Positions 22,753-34,883 of a stretch of 64,000 nt of DNA are shown here, piece after piece; the first letter of the stretch is position 1, and every line of letters starts with the position of its first letter. Origin of the DNA: Octopus sinensis (Eukaryota); NCBI RefSeq assembly GCF_006345805.1, contig NC_043000.1, forward strand, positions 57,040,001 through 57,104,000, given 5' to 3'. The notes beneath the pieces were generated by a model. It saw only the letters and a program-made list of their open reading frames with translations, was not told the origin of the DNA and did not search any database. The translations under genes were made by a program, and so were the position numbers.

Positions 22753-23239
22753 GTATAATTAACCACTGTAAGCAGTGGGAGCATTGTGGAATTCATAGAT
22801 GATTTATGCTTTGCCAGGGGCTCAAGAAGTTACTTATAGACTAAAAGCTTATCAGAGGAATGGTTTATCTTTTACCTTCTTATTGTTATTTAGACCTACC
22901 TAAATCCATTGATGCAAACCAACACTGGTTTCATCAACCTCCAGTTTATTTGTTTTTCTTTCAAAATCATATATATGTTCAATAAGCTGTATAGTGTGAC
23001 TTCAGATCAGACTCAAATATGACCAGAGGCAAGATAAGACCTGTAACTAGATAAAACTCTGACCTTTTGATTGGTAGACTGGAAGCTTAGTGACTTAACA
23101 ATTTGTGCTACTTTTAAATTAGGATCATCTGTAAGGACTATGTTTTAAGAAGATGCCTATAATTAGAAGCAAAATAATCAAAGCTAAATTGCCAACTGAA
23201 AGAGAATTTTCTCAAAGCAATATCATGATGATGAATTAC

Positions 23240-23347
23240 GTAAGTGTTTTTAGACCAGACTGTAGGTCCAGATAGCATATTTGAAGTGTAGATCCTATGA
23301 ACTGCCTCTAAATACCCAAAATGCAAGTCTTTGTATAATTGATCTAA
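23240..23347 (-). CDS. Candidate internal coding exon (LDQLYKDLHFGYLEAVHRIYTSNMLSGPTVWSKNTY), unidentified protein
   Basis: CTGTATTTCAG acceptor, TAC|GTAATT donor, phase 0/0 and compatible with the 28.3 kb exon. The frame stays open to 23138. Confidence 0.35.
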
Positions 23348-23723
23348 CTGAAATACAGCTGACTGGCTGTGGTGAAATTACACAGAGCAACCACACAGAC
23401 AATAACTGCAATATCTTTATTAGAATCAAAACCAACAAGGCTACCTTTATATGGTCATTCAATGCATAATACAACAAATGAATCTTCTTCAAACAACACT
23501 GTACCATCTTAGAAAAGAAAGACACATTAGATATTGTTGGCTTGGTTGTACTGTGCTTAAAAATGAGATGAGGTAGTCAAGGTTGGAATGTTTTTGATCA
23601 AAGGCTCAATCAGATCTGACCTAGGGAGTAAAACAATGGCCAAAGAATATTGTAATACAAAATTGTTATGAACTTTGTATTACATATTTTGTTGCTGTAA
23701 TACAAAGTTGCTATGGACATTGC

Positions 23724-24107
23724 TTAACCCTTTAGCATTCAGATTGTTCTATCAACAGTAATGCTTATTTATTTACATTGCTTTGAATTAATCATGCATT
23801 ATCTTCATCATCTTCATCCTCATCGTTTAACGTCCGTTTTCCGTGCTAGCACAGGTTGGACAGTTCGATCGGGGTCTGGGAAGCCAGGAGGCTGCACCAG
23901 GCTTCAGTCTGATCTGGCAGTGTTTCTACAGCTGGATGCTCTTCCTAATGCCAATCACTTGTAGCTTTGAGATTTTTGATGAGGTAAATGTTAATTTTTA
24001 GAATGATATTGTAGGGCTGGTGTGAGAAACCAGATCTGGCCACTTTGAGCATAAAACATCTGGAATGTTTCGGTCAGATATGGCCTCTTTAAATGCTAAA
24101 GGATTAA
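23724..24107 (-). mobile_element. piggyBac-like MITE (family D) carrying a family F insertion (~23805-23960)
   Basis: TTAA|CCCTTTAGCATT ... AATGCTAAAGGA|TTAA; the inner (CAT)n..CGTTTAACGTCCGTTTTCC..GCTGGATGCTCTTCCTAATG is family F. Confidence 0.85.
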
Positions 24108-24559
24108 GCTAAAGATTAAATATAACAAATAAGCATTTGCTTCCTTGTCCAGCAAAAGCTTACAAAAGAACATAAACATTTGGAGAAGAGTTTAGGCTCT
24201 CAGCACCTATATTAATCTATGCAAAATAATTCCTTACAGATTTGTCAGCTTCCTAGAAGGAAGCAGTTTAACAAGTTCTGACAATTGTTTTCTATACCTA
24301 ATTCATTTTATATTGTAAAAGCAGCAACAATAACATTGACAGATCCATTTTTTAAAGGATTAGAACGATTATTTTCTGCTTCACATCTGTCATCTTAAAA
24401 CTGGAAGGCCACATTGGATAATCTGCTTGAAATAAAAAAAAAAAAGAAAGAAAAAGAATTGATGATCATAAATCTGCCCGATCAGGGCTGACATGGGGCT
24501 AAAACTACAAAAACAGCAAAGAACAAATGATTACAATACTTATTGATTTCTCAAACTGG

Positions 24560-25330
24560 TACTAGATTGCTAGTTTTGAATGGAGTGAATATAGTTGACT
24601 AAAATTTTCCCCATATTATTCTTAATTTTACAAAGTATCTCTAAAAACAACAGAGGATGTGTACAACAATAAATTTGACAAAAATCTGAGGTCAGGCATT
24701 AAAAAACCAAAAGTTATGGAGAAAAGGGATAGGTCTTTACCTAGCAACAGTTGAGCAATGACTGATTTGAATATGTGACAGGTACCATTTTTTAACATTT
24801 TAATTAGGGAGGGAAAAACAGTCTCCATCACTATTTACTTTTTCAGTGACTTCAAGACTGGTAGGATGAAGAGAAAGTTATTCTCACACTGGAAACTTAC
24901 TCCAAATGCTTGCAACAGAATGAACTCTGCTAAAAGCATCCAAGGACCAGGTGGTGATGTTAAACTGGGCAACAGATTAAGGTTTATCTCCCAATGATTC
25001 AGAACACAAAGACCCAGGACAAATACCATAAGATATTCATTCCAAGATTTAATAATTCCATTAATTGAAACTCTGTTTTTGTTTGGAGGAAAAGGCAGTG
25101 CTTAGGTCCTTTGATAAGGCCTCCATGTATGGTAGGAAAAAGGAAGGGATGCATCTTCAAACTGAAGACAATAACATAACAAGGGTTTTGGCCATCCTGT
25201 GCAGGAGCCAAATTGGCTACCCACTTCCTTAAACATGACATGACATTGTTCTCTCCCTACCAAAGTGGCAACCTCATGCAGTCTGCACACCCCACATTAC
25301 ACCACTGACTGAAAACATGGCTTGAATACT
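24560..25330 (-). pseudogene. Possible heavily decayed L1/Tx1-clade LINE fragment
   Basis: Frameshifted minus translation KWVAN/GSCTG/KTLVMLLSSV loosely resembles KWKxxxLSxAGRxTLxKSVLSS; weak. Confidence 0.3.
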
Positions 25331-25567
25331 TGCTATAGGGTGAACTCCAACAATAAAGTGTGGGTGATAAATCAGACAACAGATTAAGTCTACCATCCCA
25401 GAGCTCAGAACATAAAGAATGAGAATAAATACTAAAGCACTAACAATTCCACCATTTCATTTCTCTAAACTGGTAGTTATTTATCAACCCTGAACAGATA
25501 AAAAGGGAAAATTGACCTTTGCAGGAATTGAGCTCAGAACACTGGAAACCAGAACAAACACTACAAG

Positions 25568-26040
25568 TATATCATTTATATTTGACAAATATTTGTCTTC
25601 ATCTAATTTGTTGTTAACACATTTCAACTGATATACCCTCCAGCCTTCATCAGGTGTATCGGGGAAATTTCGAACCTGGGTTCTCAATCCTAAGGCATTT
25701 TTCGATATTATTGCTTGGAATCGAACTCTGAATCTTAACCACTACGCCATATGCCTGTGATCATATTGCATAGTGGTTAAGAGCACGGGCTACTAACCCC
25801 AAGATTCCAAGTTCGATTCCAAGCAGTGGCCTGAATAATAATAATATTAACAATAATAATAATGATAATATCGAAAAATACCTAGGGAATGAGAACTCAG
25901 GTTCGAAATTTCCCCAAGACACCTGATGAAGGCTGGAGAGTATATCAACCGAAATGTGTTAACAACAAACATGATGAGGACAAATATCCGTCAAATGTAA
26001 ATAATGTACATAATTCCTCATCTCTTAAATATAGAACTGT
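25568..26040. mobile_element. Head-to-head palindromic insertion of a tRNA-headed element with a Penelope-type hammerhead tail
   Basis: Inverted arm 25568-25755, forward arm 25762-26040; TSD AAACACTACAAG at 25556-25567 and 26041-26052. Confidence 0.85.
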
Positions 26041-28275
26041 AAACACTACAAGGCATTATTTTTCCTTTATTATAACAGCTCTGCCAATTTGCCTACTTAT
26101 TTTTCCAATACCCATAGGAGTGAAAAGTGAAGTCAATTTGTCCTAGGTGTGTGTTATTACAGTGATAATAGCAACCTTGGTAGTGATACTAGTGGCAGAA
26201 ACTCTGGGCTTTGAGTTCAAATCCTGCTGAGGGCAATTGTGCATTTTATCCTTTCAGGTAGTCAATAAAATAAAGTAACAGTATAAGGATTGACAGAATT
26301 GGGATCTTTTCTTTTTGTGAGGTCAGTATTTTCTCTAACAGCATCACCATCATCAGTAGTACTAGTAGTAGTAGTAGTAGTAGTAGAGCTGAAAAGGGAA
26401 GTAGTTGTTGCAGTACGGCAGGATCTGTAGAGCAACAGACAAAATTTGTTCTGCAGTATTTAACTACGGTCCATTATGCTCTAAATTCAAATCCAACGAG
26501 GATTGACTTTACTTTTCATCCTTCTGGCTTCGATAACGCAAAGTACCATTCAAATCTCTGGGTCAATATAAACGACTGTTTTCCCCTCCCATTAACAATA
26601 GTGCCTATGTTATAGTAGTAATAGTAGTAGTAACAACAGCAGCAAATATAACGATGAAAGTAATAGAAATAGTGTTGAAGATGACAAAAGAAATAATGAG
26701 ATAATGAAAATTATGGTGATAAAAACCGAAATATTCCTCGGGGTAGTAGTAACACCGACATTAGAGATACAAGCTCAGGGCAGAGATCGCCTACGTGGTC
26801 GCTTGCTAAACCTGTTAAAAAAAAAAGGAGCAGCCTAATCCCCGTGAAATCCACATCATGCATTCTTATTGGAAGGACACTTTAAATAATGTAGTCCAAA
26901 ATACAGTCTCAATTTTTGGATCTTTTCCTTTTCCTTTTGAACGGCAAAAGGAAAAGATCCCAATTTTTAAGAGGATGGGCATGTGTGGAAAGTCTTTGAT
27001 CATATGTTTCATTTTGTCTGATCAATGCTGAACAACATCAATAAGAATAGCAGCAGTAGTAGTTGTAATAGTAGTGGTGGTGATAGTAGTAGTAGCTTCC
27101 TCAGATATCATACTAGTAATAATTCCAATAGTGTTAACAAAATTAGATATTCTAACGGTAAATTTACACAACAACAACAACAATAGCAACTGCTAGTGAG
27201 CAGAGATGTTGCAAATGGCAGGCAACAGCTGCCAGAGTATGCATGTGAATAGTGCATAACAGAAAGTATCGTGTTACATGCGTAACATTATAACGGACTG
27301 GTTCACAAGACAAGCAAAAGAGTGACAAACTGGTCGATAAAGGGTTCCACCTAAAATACTAGATACTTCCTATCCTCTCGGCAAATTATCAATATCCACT
27401 GAACTACAAGCTAACGAGGGAGCTGCTAGGCCGAAGTTCGACATGCTAAAAATAACAGCCAAGTTCCCTCAAATCTTACCCGACCGTCTTAGAAAAGAAT
27501 ACGTTGGATAAATGTCGTTGTAAGTTCCTAGCACATAGGAAAAAAAGATAGGATGATTATGACTGGAATGCCTTTAACCATAGATTTCTCAAGCCACAAG
27601 TCAATGAGAGCCCCTACGTAGTCGTTCGATATGAATAGAAATAGTAGCCAAATGTCCATCAACTCATAATCTTATATCGTCTTAAATATACATTGGACAA
27701 TGCAGTCCCGGATATACAATACGAACAATCGAGAAGGTTGCGACTAGAACATCTTTCATTATAGATTTGCTCGATCAGAGCTAGACTGGAGCTAAACAAC
27801 GTTTTTTTTTGCTTTCTTTTTACTGGCTTGAAAGGTCAATGTTTCAACTCCTGTTACAAGCACTGGGATGCGTCCCGTGCAAAGAGACTTGACAACTGCT
27901 AAACTTTAGCAGCAGCCAAGCATGTAAAATAAGAACCGTGCAATAAATAAAACACTACCATTGTTAGAAGCGAGAATACTGTATAATTAACATGTTTTGA
28001 TAACTTTCAATGAAAGGTTTCACTCCTCTCAGCTAAAACATGCGGCCCATAGCAAAACTCATCACTCGCCAAAATAAATTCGATATACATTAACCATTTT
28101 ATTACGGTAAATCGAAGAGGAATAAAAATTTTCGGCTTCACTGGACAGTCTTCTTTCGTAACATTCTCAGAGGGTATATATATATATATGTATGTATATA
28201 TATAAACCCTCTAAGAGTAGCACTTATGTATGTATGCATGCATGCACTGTTCTTGTCGGAAATACAAAAAGACAC

Positions 28276-28345
28276 CTGTAGCATAAGATTGGATTTCAAA
28301 TCAGGAGCGATAAATTTGTATTCCAATTCGCTGATTTCGTTTCTA
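28276..28345 (-). CDS. Candidate internal coding exon (RNEISELEYKFIAPDLKSNLMLQ), unidentified protein
   Basis: TTTTGTTTTTCTAG|TAG (NAGNAG) acceptor, CAG|GTGTCT donor, only one open frame (phase 2 to 0). Confidence 0.4.
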
Positions 28346-29297
28346 CTAGAAAAACAAAACCTGCCCAAACAACCAAAAATATTACGAGATAAACAAAAGA
28401 TGTTCAAAGTGACAGTAATAAAAGAAAAAAATTGTTAATGTCACAACGTCCTCTTTCTAAGAAAAGAGAAATAGAAGTTGCAAATGTTAATGTGTTCCCT
28501 TAATGTTATGTTAAGTAAAATGATATCGCCTAAGTATGGAACAACATTCGTCATGTGTTCAGCCTGTAGGTACAACTGTAAAAAGGTTTCAAATTAGTGA
28601 ATGAATGAGAAATGTGCATACTATTATTTGTCTGTTAGGGTGACAGAAAAGACAGAAATGCTAAAGCACTGTAGTAAATGTATAACATCGAAACTGTGTT
28701 TAGATCACGACAAAAGAAATGTCAATCTTCCGTCTCCCGCAATCCAGTCACCTGTATTAAATAACTTACATCTATTCCAGTTATAAACAAACTGAGACTC
28801 GCTTCTCGAAAAGGTTGGCCATGCTTGATGTATACAATCGACTAGCTAATTTGTTCATGAGAAAGTCACAAATATCATAGCATCCAATTTCTCTTTAACA
28901 CTTCACACACACCATCACTTGTAAGCGTGTAATAAATAAAATGTAAAAGAGGGAAAGAAAATGTAGGAAAAAAATAAATAATCCTGAGTTGAATCGGGAA
29001 TGTCCTGCGAAGTGAGATTAATATTAATGGATATATAATAAAGAGCGAAAAGAAACCAACAAGTCCCTTACGAACTATGTAAGTGACTATTAAGGGAGAC
29101 AGCTGATAAATGAAGTCATAATTATAAATTATAACAACAAAACGATAAAAACTGTAAAATTAATTGAATGTTGATCGATTAGGCTGTATCTGTGAAAAAG
29201 GAAAGCGGAAACTATTTAACTCTCTAAAGCTAACAAGGACAAATGTGGTGTTAGGGGTCTAAGCAACGGGTACCTTGACCTGTCATCGTTTTATTAC

Positions 29298-29450
29298 TTG
29301 AAGATATGCACTAAGGTTCGATGATGACTCGCTGAGGTCTGTGTCGGCATTAACTGATGCATTTTCATTCATTCGGCGCTGACGAATCACCCCACAGCTA
29401 CTCCGAGTTTTCCGTCTTTGTACACTCGAGAAGGCGATAAAGTACTTTCT
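29298..29450 (-). other. Candidate exon 2 of a leftward gene (5' UTR and/or start of coding)
   Basis: TACTAACCGCAG acceptor (29451) and CAA|GTAATA donor, with an alternative donor AAG|GTACCC at 29274. An ATG at 29368 gives MKMHQLMPTQTSASHHRTLVHIF in the phase needed by the 28.3 kb exon. Confidence 0.35.
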
Positions 29451-29694
29451 CTGCGGTTAGTACACCCTAACATCTATAATATATAAATATATTATTAAAC
29501 ATACATATATATATCATGCTGGAATGTATCTTGCACATTTCTCACATGACAGACACTAGAGTTGTCATATTTCCATTCATTTCCTATACCACTTAATATA
29601 TATGTATATATACATTGTCCTGGTATATATTTGTTTTTTTACATTATTAATCATTTGTTTTGCCGCTGTGTCTCTTTTTTCTCTGTCTATCTAC

Positions 29695-29850
29695 CCAGCA
29701 CTTGATCTTTCTGCTGCTTCTGCTATCATCTCCTCCAACCTTTCTCATTGCGAAGCACCGCTCGCTGTTGTCTTCCAGTGACGTCACAATAAAAATGGCT
29801 TCTACCCTTTCTTCATGTTGTTACTTCTCTCCGTAACAAGGTAGCAAGGT
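29695..29850. promoter_or_regulatory. Putative bidirectional core promoter: CRE palindrome GTGACGTCAC (29778-29787), YY1-like AAAATGGCT (29792-29800) and outward-facing donors
   Basis: The motifs are read directly. Minus donor TGG|GTAGAT at 29695/29694; plus donors AAG|GTAGCA (29840) and AAG|GTAGGG (29848). The site sits in a visibly CpG-richer, repeat-poor zone. Confidence 0.5.
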
Positions 29851-30133
29851 AGGGAGTCAGGCTCTTTATAGGTCAGCGGAGAGTGACCGAAAGAAAAAAT
29901 ATATATCTTCTAAACAATAAGGGAGCTAAGTTTATTGGCGAGAAGTTGGAGTTTGCTTACCATTAGCCATCAATCGGTGACCCACACATTACGAACTACT
30001 GCTATTAGTAGTAAGACGAATTATCTCGCACTCACTAATTTTACACGCGATTCGCTACTACTACAGTTTTGGCTGAACTGCAACAAAACCCATATATATT
30101 TTTTTACGCTTTTCATCTCTCCTTGTGTGTGTG

Positions 30134-30169
<36 letters not shown>

Positions 30170-31899
30170 GGACAACACTGCTTATAGAGATATATTTACG
30201 AGCGTAATAACGAAAAGAAAAAAAAAAAGCAAAGGAATCAAAATATCTCCGAAAATAATCAGTCACAACCTTCCAAATCATCGGATGGGTTTTACCCTGT
30301 TCTTGCCTAGCTTACCCTACACCCTACAGTTTATTATCTGAACATATTTTTTACTTGTAGCTGTTTTGGCTTGACCTTCTCACTCCGTTACAAGCAAGCT
30401 ACCTGCTTAAACAAAAGAATAACTCCTTGCTTGCTATTTTTTATTCCCCACTTTTTTTTTTTTACCTTGTCCCCTATTCAATCCACATTCGAAACTTCCT
30501 CATCGGTTTTCTTTCAGTTGATTATTTATATATTTAAAAATATTAATATTAGAATATTAAAAGAACAAACCAAGAGCCATTCTATTGGAATAAATTTCAT
30601 CCCATCTACACATTAAGGGGGGGAAGAGCAAGGGATAACTCGAGTCTGTCGGATTTATATGTAAAAATAAATGTGTCTAAATGAGGACTAGATCATATCT
30701 ACTTAATAAATCTAAAAAAGCGTGCAGGCAAGTGTTATCTTGTGTTCAATCATCTGGAAACAACCGCAAATGTAAGTATATATGATTTTACTCCTCCTCT
30801 TTATTATCTTTGCATGTCTGTCTATTTAACACATTGATACTCGGTTATGATTCTTAATATTTCCATGGTAAAAACCCATCAGTTGCTCTCTAAACCCATT
30901 GTATCTCATTGTTTTGTCGAACACTAAATATATATCACACACATTGTTGATTTCGATTACTGTGATCTTATATTAAGTAACTACAATATTTTTAACCTCA
31001 TTCATTGATTGCCTACATTTCCCAAGCTATAAGTTCGTTTGACCTCTCTCACACACACACGATACCCCGAAAATGTTACTATTGATAACTTAGTAATTTA
31101 TTATCACTGTTCGGGTGATATATCATCAGATTACTCTATTCCTTAATAAAACTAGATTAGTAATGTACATGAGACGTGAAACATGTCTTCAGAAACACTT
31201 TCAAAAGCGAAAGTTTACTCCATTTAACAGGTTTCCATCCGCTGACCATTTTGTAGTTCCAAATATTGGCAGTTATTCCTGACATTCCAGTTGCTTGTAC
31301 TGTAATAGTACAAGGTTTCAGATTCCATATAACTGCTATTTTTGAAAAATCCATTTATTATCTGCTTTTTATTTCATTTCACATACATTATAACTAGTAC
31401 TGATCATATCTGTATAATCTGTATTGATTAAGTGTCATTTCAGATGATTTTTCTGGTTTCCGAACGAATCCGTTTATCTCCTATCTACTTGTTACATTTA
31501 TCGAAGATGGAAATAATTCCTGTAGTTATTTATTTCTTATTTCAGTGTTCCCACCCACTAATCTCTTTTTCATCGACATGCAACTCTGTTTTTCATATTA
31601 CATTGGTTTGTTTTCTAGAAATAACTCATTCCACCCATTTCTGCAACAAATTCTTCTGGATTTATCACCCGTTACTATTCCATGAGAATTAATAGGATAG
31701 CTGCTTTGATCATAAGATCACAAGATAGCTTTGTTGGTTTATTTTAACGTTTCCATCAATAATTTTTTTTTTACTCTCACTGTTTCTTTATACTAATTAG
31801 CATTAAAACAGGTTCTTTGAATATTTATCATCTGTACATTTAGTCATTTCGCTTTAGGCGAATACATTCAATACATACGTATGTTTTTATGAGTATATA

Positions 31900-31956
31900 T
31901 TTATGCGTTTGTATATATATATATTATTATATACATTATAATATACATAACACATG

Positions 31957-32008
<52 letters not shown>

Positions 32009-32220
32009 GTTAATATTAACCTATATATATATATTTTATATATATATAAAACATTTTTTGCTTCATTAAATTATACGTCTCAAGCCTATCTGTGTTTATC
32101 TGCCTTTCTACCTAACTATATGTATATATATATATATACACACATATTCGTACATGTACATATTTGTTTTCATATATATATTTACATTCATATATACATT
32201 CCTACACGCACACGTGTGTA
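31900..32220. repeat. (AT)n-dominated compound microsatellite
   Basis: Direct reading. Confidence 0.9.
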
Positions 32221-32683
32221 TGCGTGTACACACAGACACAAATCAATATGAACTTAAGAATATTCTTCTGAAATTTCAAGACAAAATAGGTCCTTCATCA
32301 TCATCCCTCATCCTATCTTGAAAACGTCATGATTTCCATTGTGTTGCACTTATTGTAACAGGTATCTTCATATAGATGCTTAGTAATTTATTTAACTATT
32401 CCATTTTAATAGTCATATCTTCTCATTTATTTTAATTTATTGCATCACGTAATCTTCATCGGAACAAACTGCACATATTTTATGTATTTATTTGGTTTCT
32501 CAAATGTTTTTGTTTTCCTTTCTATATGCTCTGTAATTTGCCCGAAGCTGGCGCTTTGAACATTGTTTTATTTATTTATTTATTTTTGTGTGTGTGTGTG
32601 TTAGAAGTATTGATTGATATTTCAGAATTGGTTAATGCACAAAATGGCTGAACAACTCTGTGTGTGCACATATGATTTATTTA

Positions 32684-32741
<58 letters not shown>

Positions 32742-33850
32742 TACACACACACACACACATATCTTTTCTCGTTTTAGTCACTGTACTGCTGCAATGCTGG
32801 GACACTGCCTTGAAAGGTTTTAGTCGAATAAATCTAGCCCATTAGATTTTTTTAAGCCTGGTACTTATTCTGTTGTCGAACCACTAGGTTTCGGGGGTGT
32901 AAACAAACCAACACTGATTGTTAAATGTTGAGTGGTGATCGACACACACACGCATACATATATACATACATACACACACATGCATACATACACGGCTGGC
33001 TTCTTTCACTTTCCATCTGCCGAATCCTCTCACAAGGCTTTGGTCGACCCGGTGCTATAGTAGATACTTGCCCAAGGTGTCATTCAGTGAGACTTAACCC
33101 ATGTCCACATTGAAACACAAGATTCTTAACTACGCAGCCACGCCTAAGTACGTTACCTATGTGTATATGTGTGTATACATATGTTGCTTCTGTGTGTGCG
33201 TATACATACACAGGTCTCTTTCTCTCTATCTCTCTCTCTATATATATATATTAACAATTTTAACAATAAGGATTAGTACGTAGTTGCATAACATTATCTT
33301 ACTATTTACGCACACACACACATGTATATATTCACACAGATGTGTGTGTGTGTGTGTGTTTTATAGAAGCATTACAAATCCTCACCATGGGTTAAATAAG
33401 CATCTAAAAATTCTATTTTTATGCTTGTCATGTAGAGAATAACAGAGCGAGTGAGTTTCCTGACCAATCCGATCATGGTTTGTTAACTGCTCTTCAGAAA
33501 AGACGTAACCGGTTTCCTTCCCAATCAATAGCACAGATCTGTTGCTATATAAAGCAGTCGTAAATTTTACTAGTATCATCACGAACAGCCTTATTTTCAT
33601 ATTTAAGCCTTTGACAGCTTGTCATAAATTAAACCATATCTATTTTATGCTCAACACAGCATACTGATTGCATAAGAAAGCCAGTTAAGTCTTTCTTGAG
33701 GAGGGATCAACAAGCAGGAGAGGCTCCTTTTTTATGCATGTGAGTAGCATAAAAATAATGTGTTCACATTCTTACCAAACCCAGTCAAGTTTTGTAATGA
33801 TTAATTATTAAATATATATATATTTCACTTAGGTATTATGATATTAATAA

Positions 33851-34335
33851 CCTGCATTTCATTAGCAAGCGTTTCCTCAGGACACACCAAACTGTCATTG
33901 GAGGAATCTGGGTTTCCAGACTTGTTCTTCTTATGGACTTCTTGAGGCTACATAAGAGTTTTTGGCAAACCCACTCGATCATCTTTTCTGATGTTAATGG
34001 TTGTCCAGATCCTTTTGTCCAGCACAGACAGCGTTACTCTTTGAATTTTTGTACCATGTCCAAATCTGCATTGCTGTTGGTGACTTTTTAGGGAACTCTC
34101 TCACAAATGCATGCTACAGTCTTGTTCAACTGTGTTCCAGCATACTCCAACACACAAAACGCCTTTTCTCTTCCAGTGAATGCCATTCCTATACCTGAAA
34201 AGATAAACATATCAAACATTAAACATAAAATTTTGACCTGTTTCTACACATGCTGTTAAAATTTGAAGTCATTTGAACAAGAACTGGCAAAGTTATTAAA
34301 TTGCGAAATGATATCAAATTTTTTGAAACACCCTG
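33851..34335 (-). pseudogene. Tc1/mariner (DUF4817-type N-terminus) transposon 5' fragment with TIR
   Basis: TIR CAGGGTGTTTCAAAAA ending at 34335. ATG at 34186 gives MAFTGREKAFCVLEYAGTQLNKT/AFVREFPKKSPTAMQIWTWYKK..KGSGQPLTSEKMIEWV..KSIRRTSLETQIPPMTVWCVLRKRLLMK. Confidence 0.85.
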
Positions 34336-34883
34336 TGTATATAACACTGGCACATCTATGTATACATACCTGTGTGGTCATGAACTTTGCTTTTCAACCA
34401 TATGGTTATGGGTTCTGCCCTGTTACATAGCACACTGGACATGTGATATCTACATTTAGTGTTGGGTCAACCAATACCTTGTCTATAAGTTTGGCAGATG
34501 GGAACTGTGCAAAAGCATTTTGTGTTTGTGTGTGCATGTAAATATATACATTTACATGTGCATGTGGAGACGCATGACTTAGTGGTTTGGGTGTTACACT
34601 CATGATCATAAGATTGTGGGTTCAGTTCCTGGACCAGGAAATGTGTTTCTCTTGAGCAAAATACTTCATTTCATGCTGTTCCAGTTCATTCAACTGGCAA
34701 AAATGAGTAATCCTGTGACAAATAGTGTCCTTTCTGTGGAGGGAATATATACACCACAGAATCTAGGAAACCAGCTTTAGAGAGTCTATGGCTTGAGAAG
34801 GACATTTGATCCTTTCTGATATGACAACAAAAGAATGAGACCTCGATATTATGAAAATAAAGGAATTTATATGTGTATATATA

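Noticed and set aside
17232-28345. Assigning a protein family name to the candidate exon peptides
   Set aside because: I could not match any motif from memory with confidence; naming would need a database search.
29695-29748. In-frame MRKVGGDD..CW + RKYFIAF..AYLQ product of candidate exons 1-2
   Set aside because: It ends in phase 0 and hits a stop in the next candidate exon (28.3 kb), so it may be a uORF or need an unseen exon; not called as CDS.
29795-29836. ATG in good context after the CRE (possible signal-peptide exon)
   Set aside because: The frame reads MASTLSSCCYFSP* and stops before the donors; treated as a YY1-like motif or uORF.
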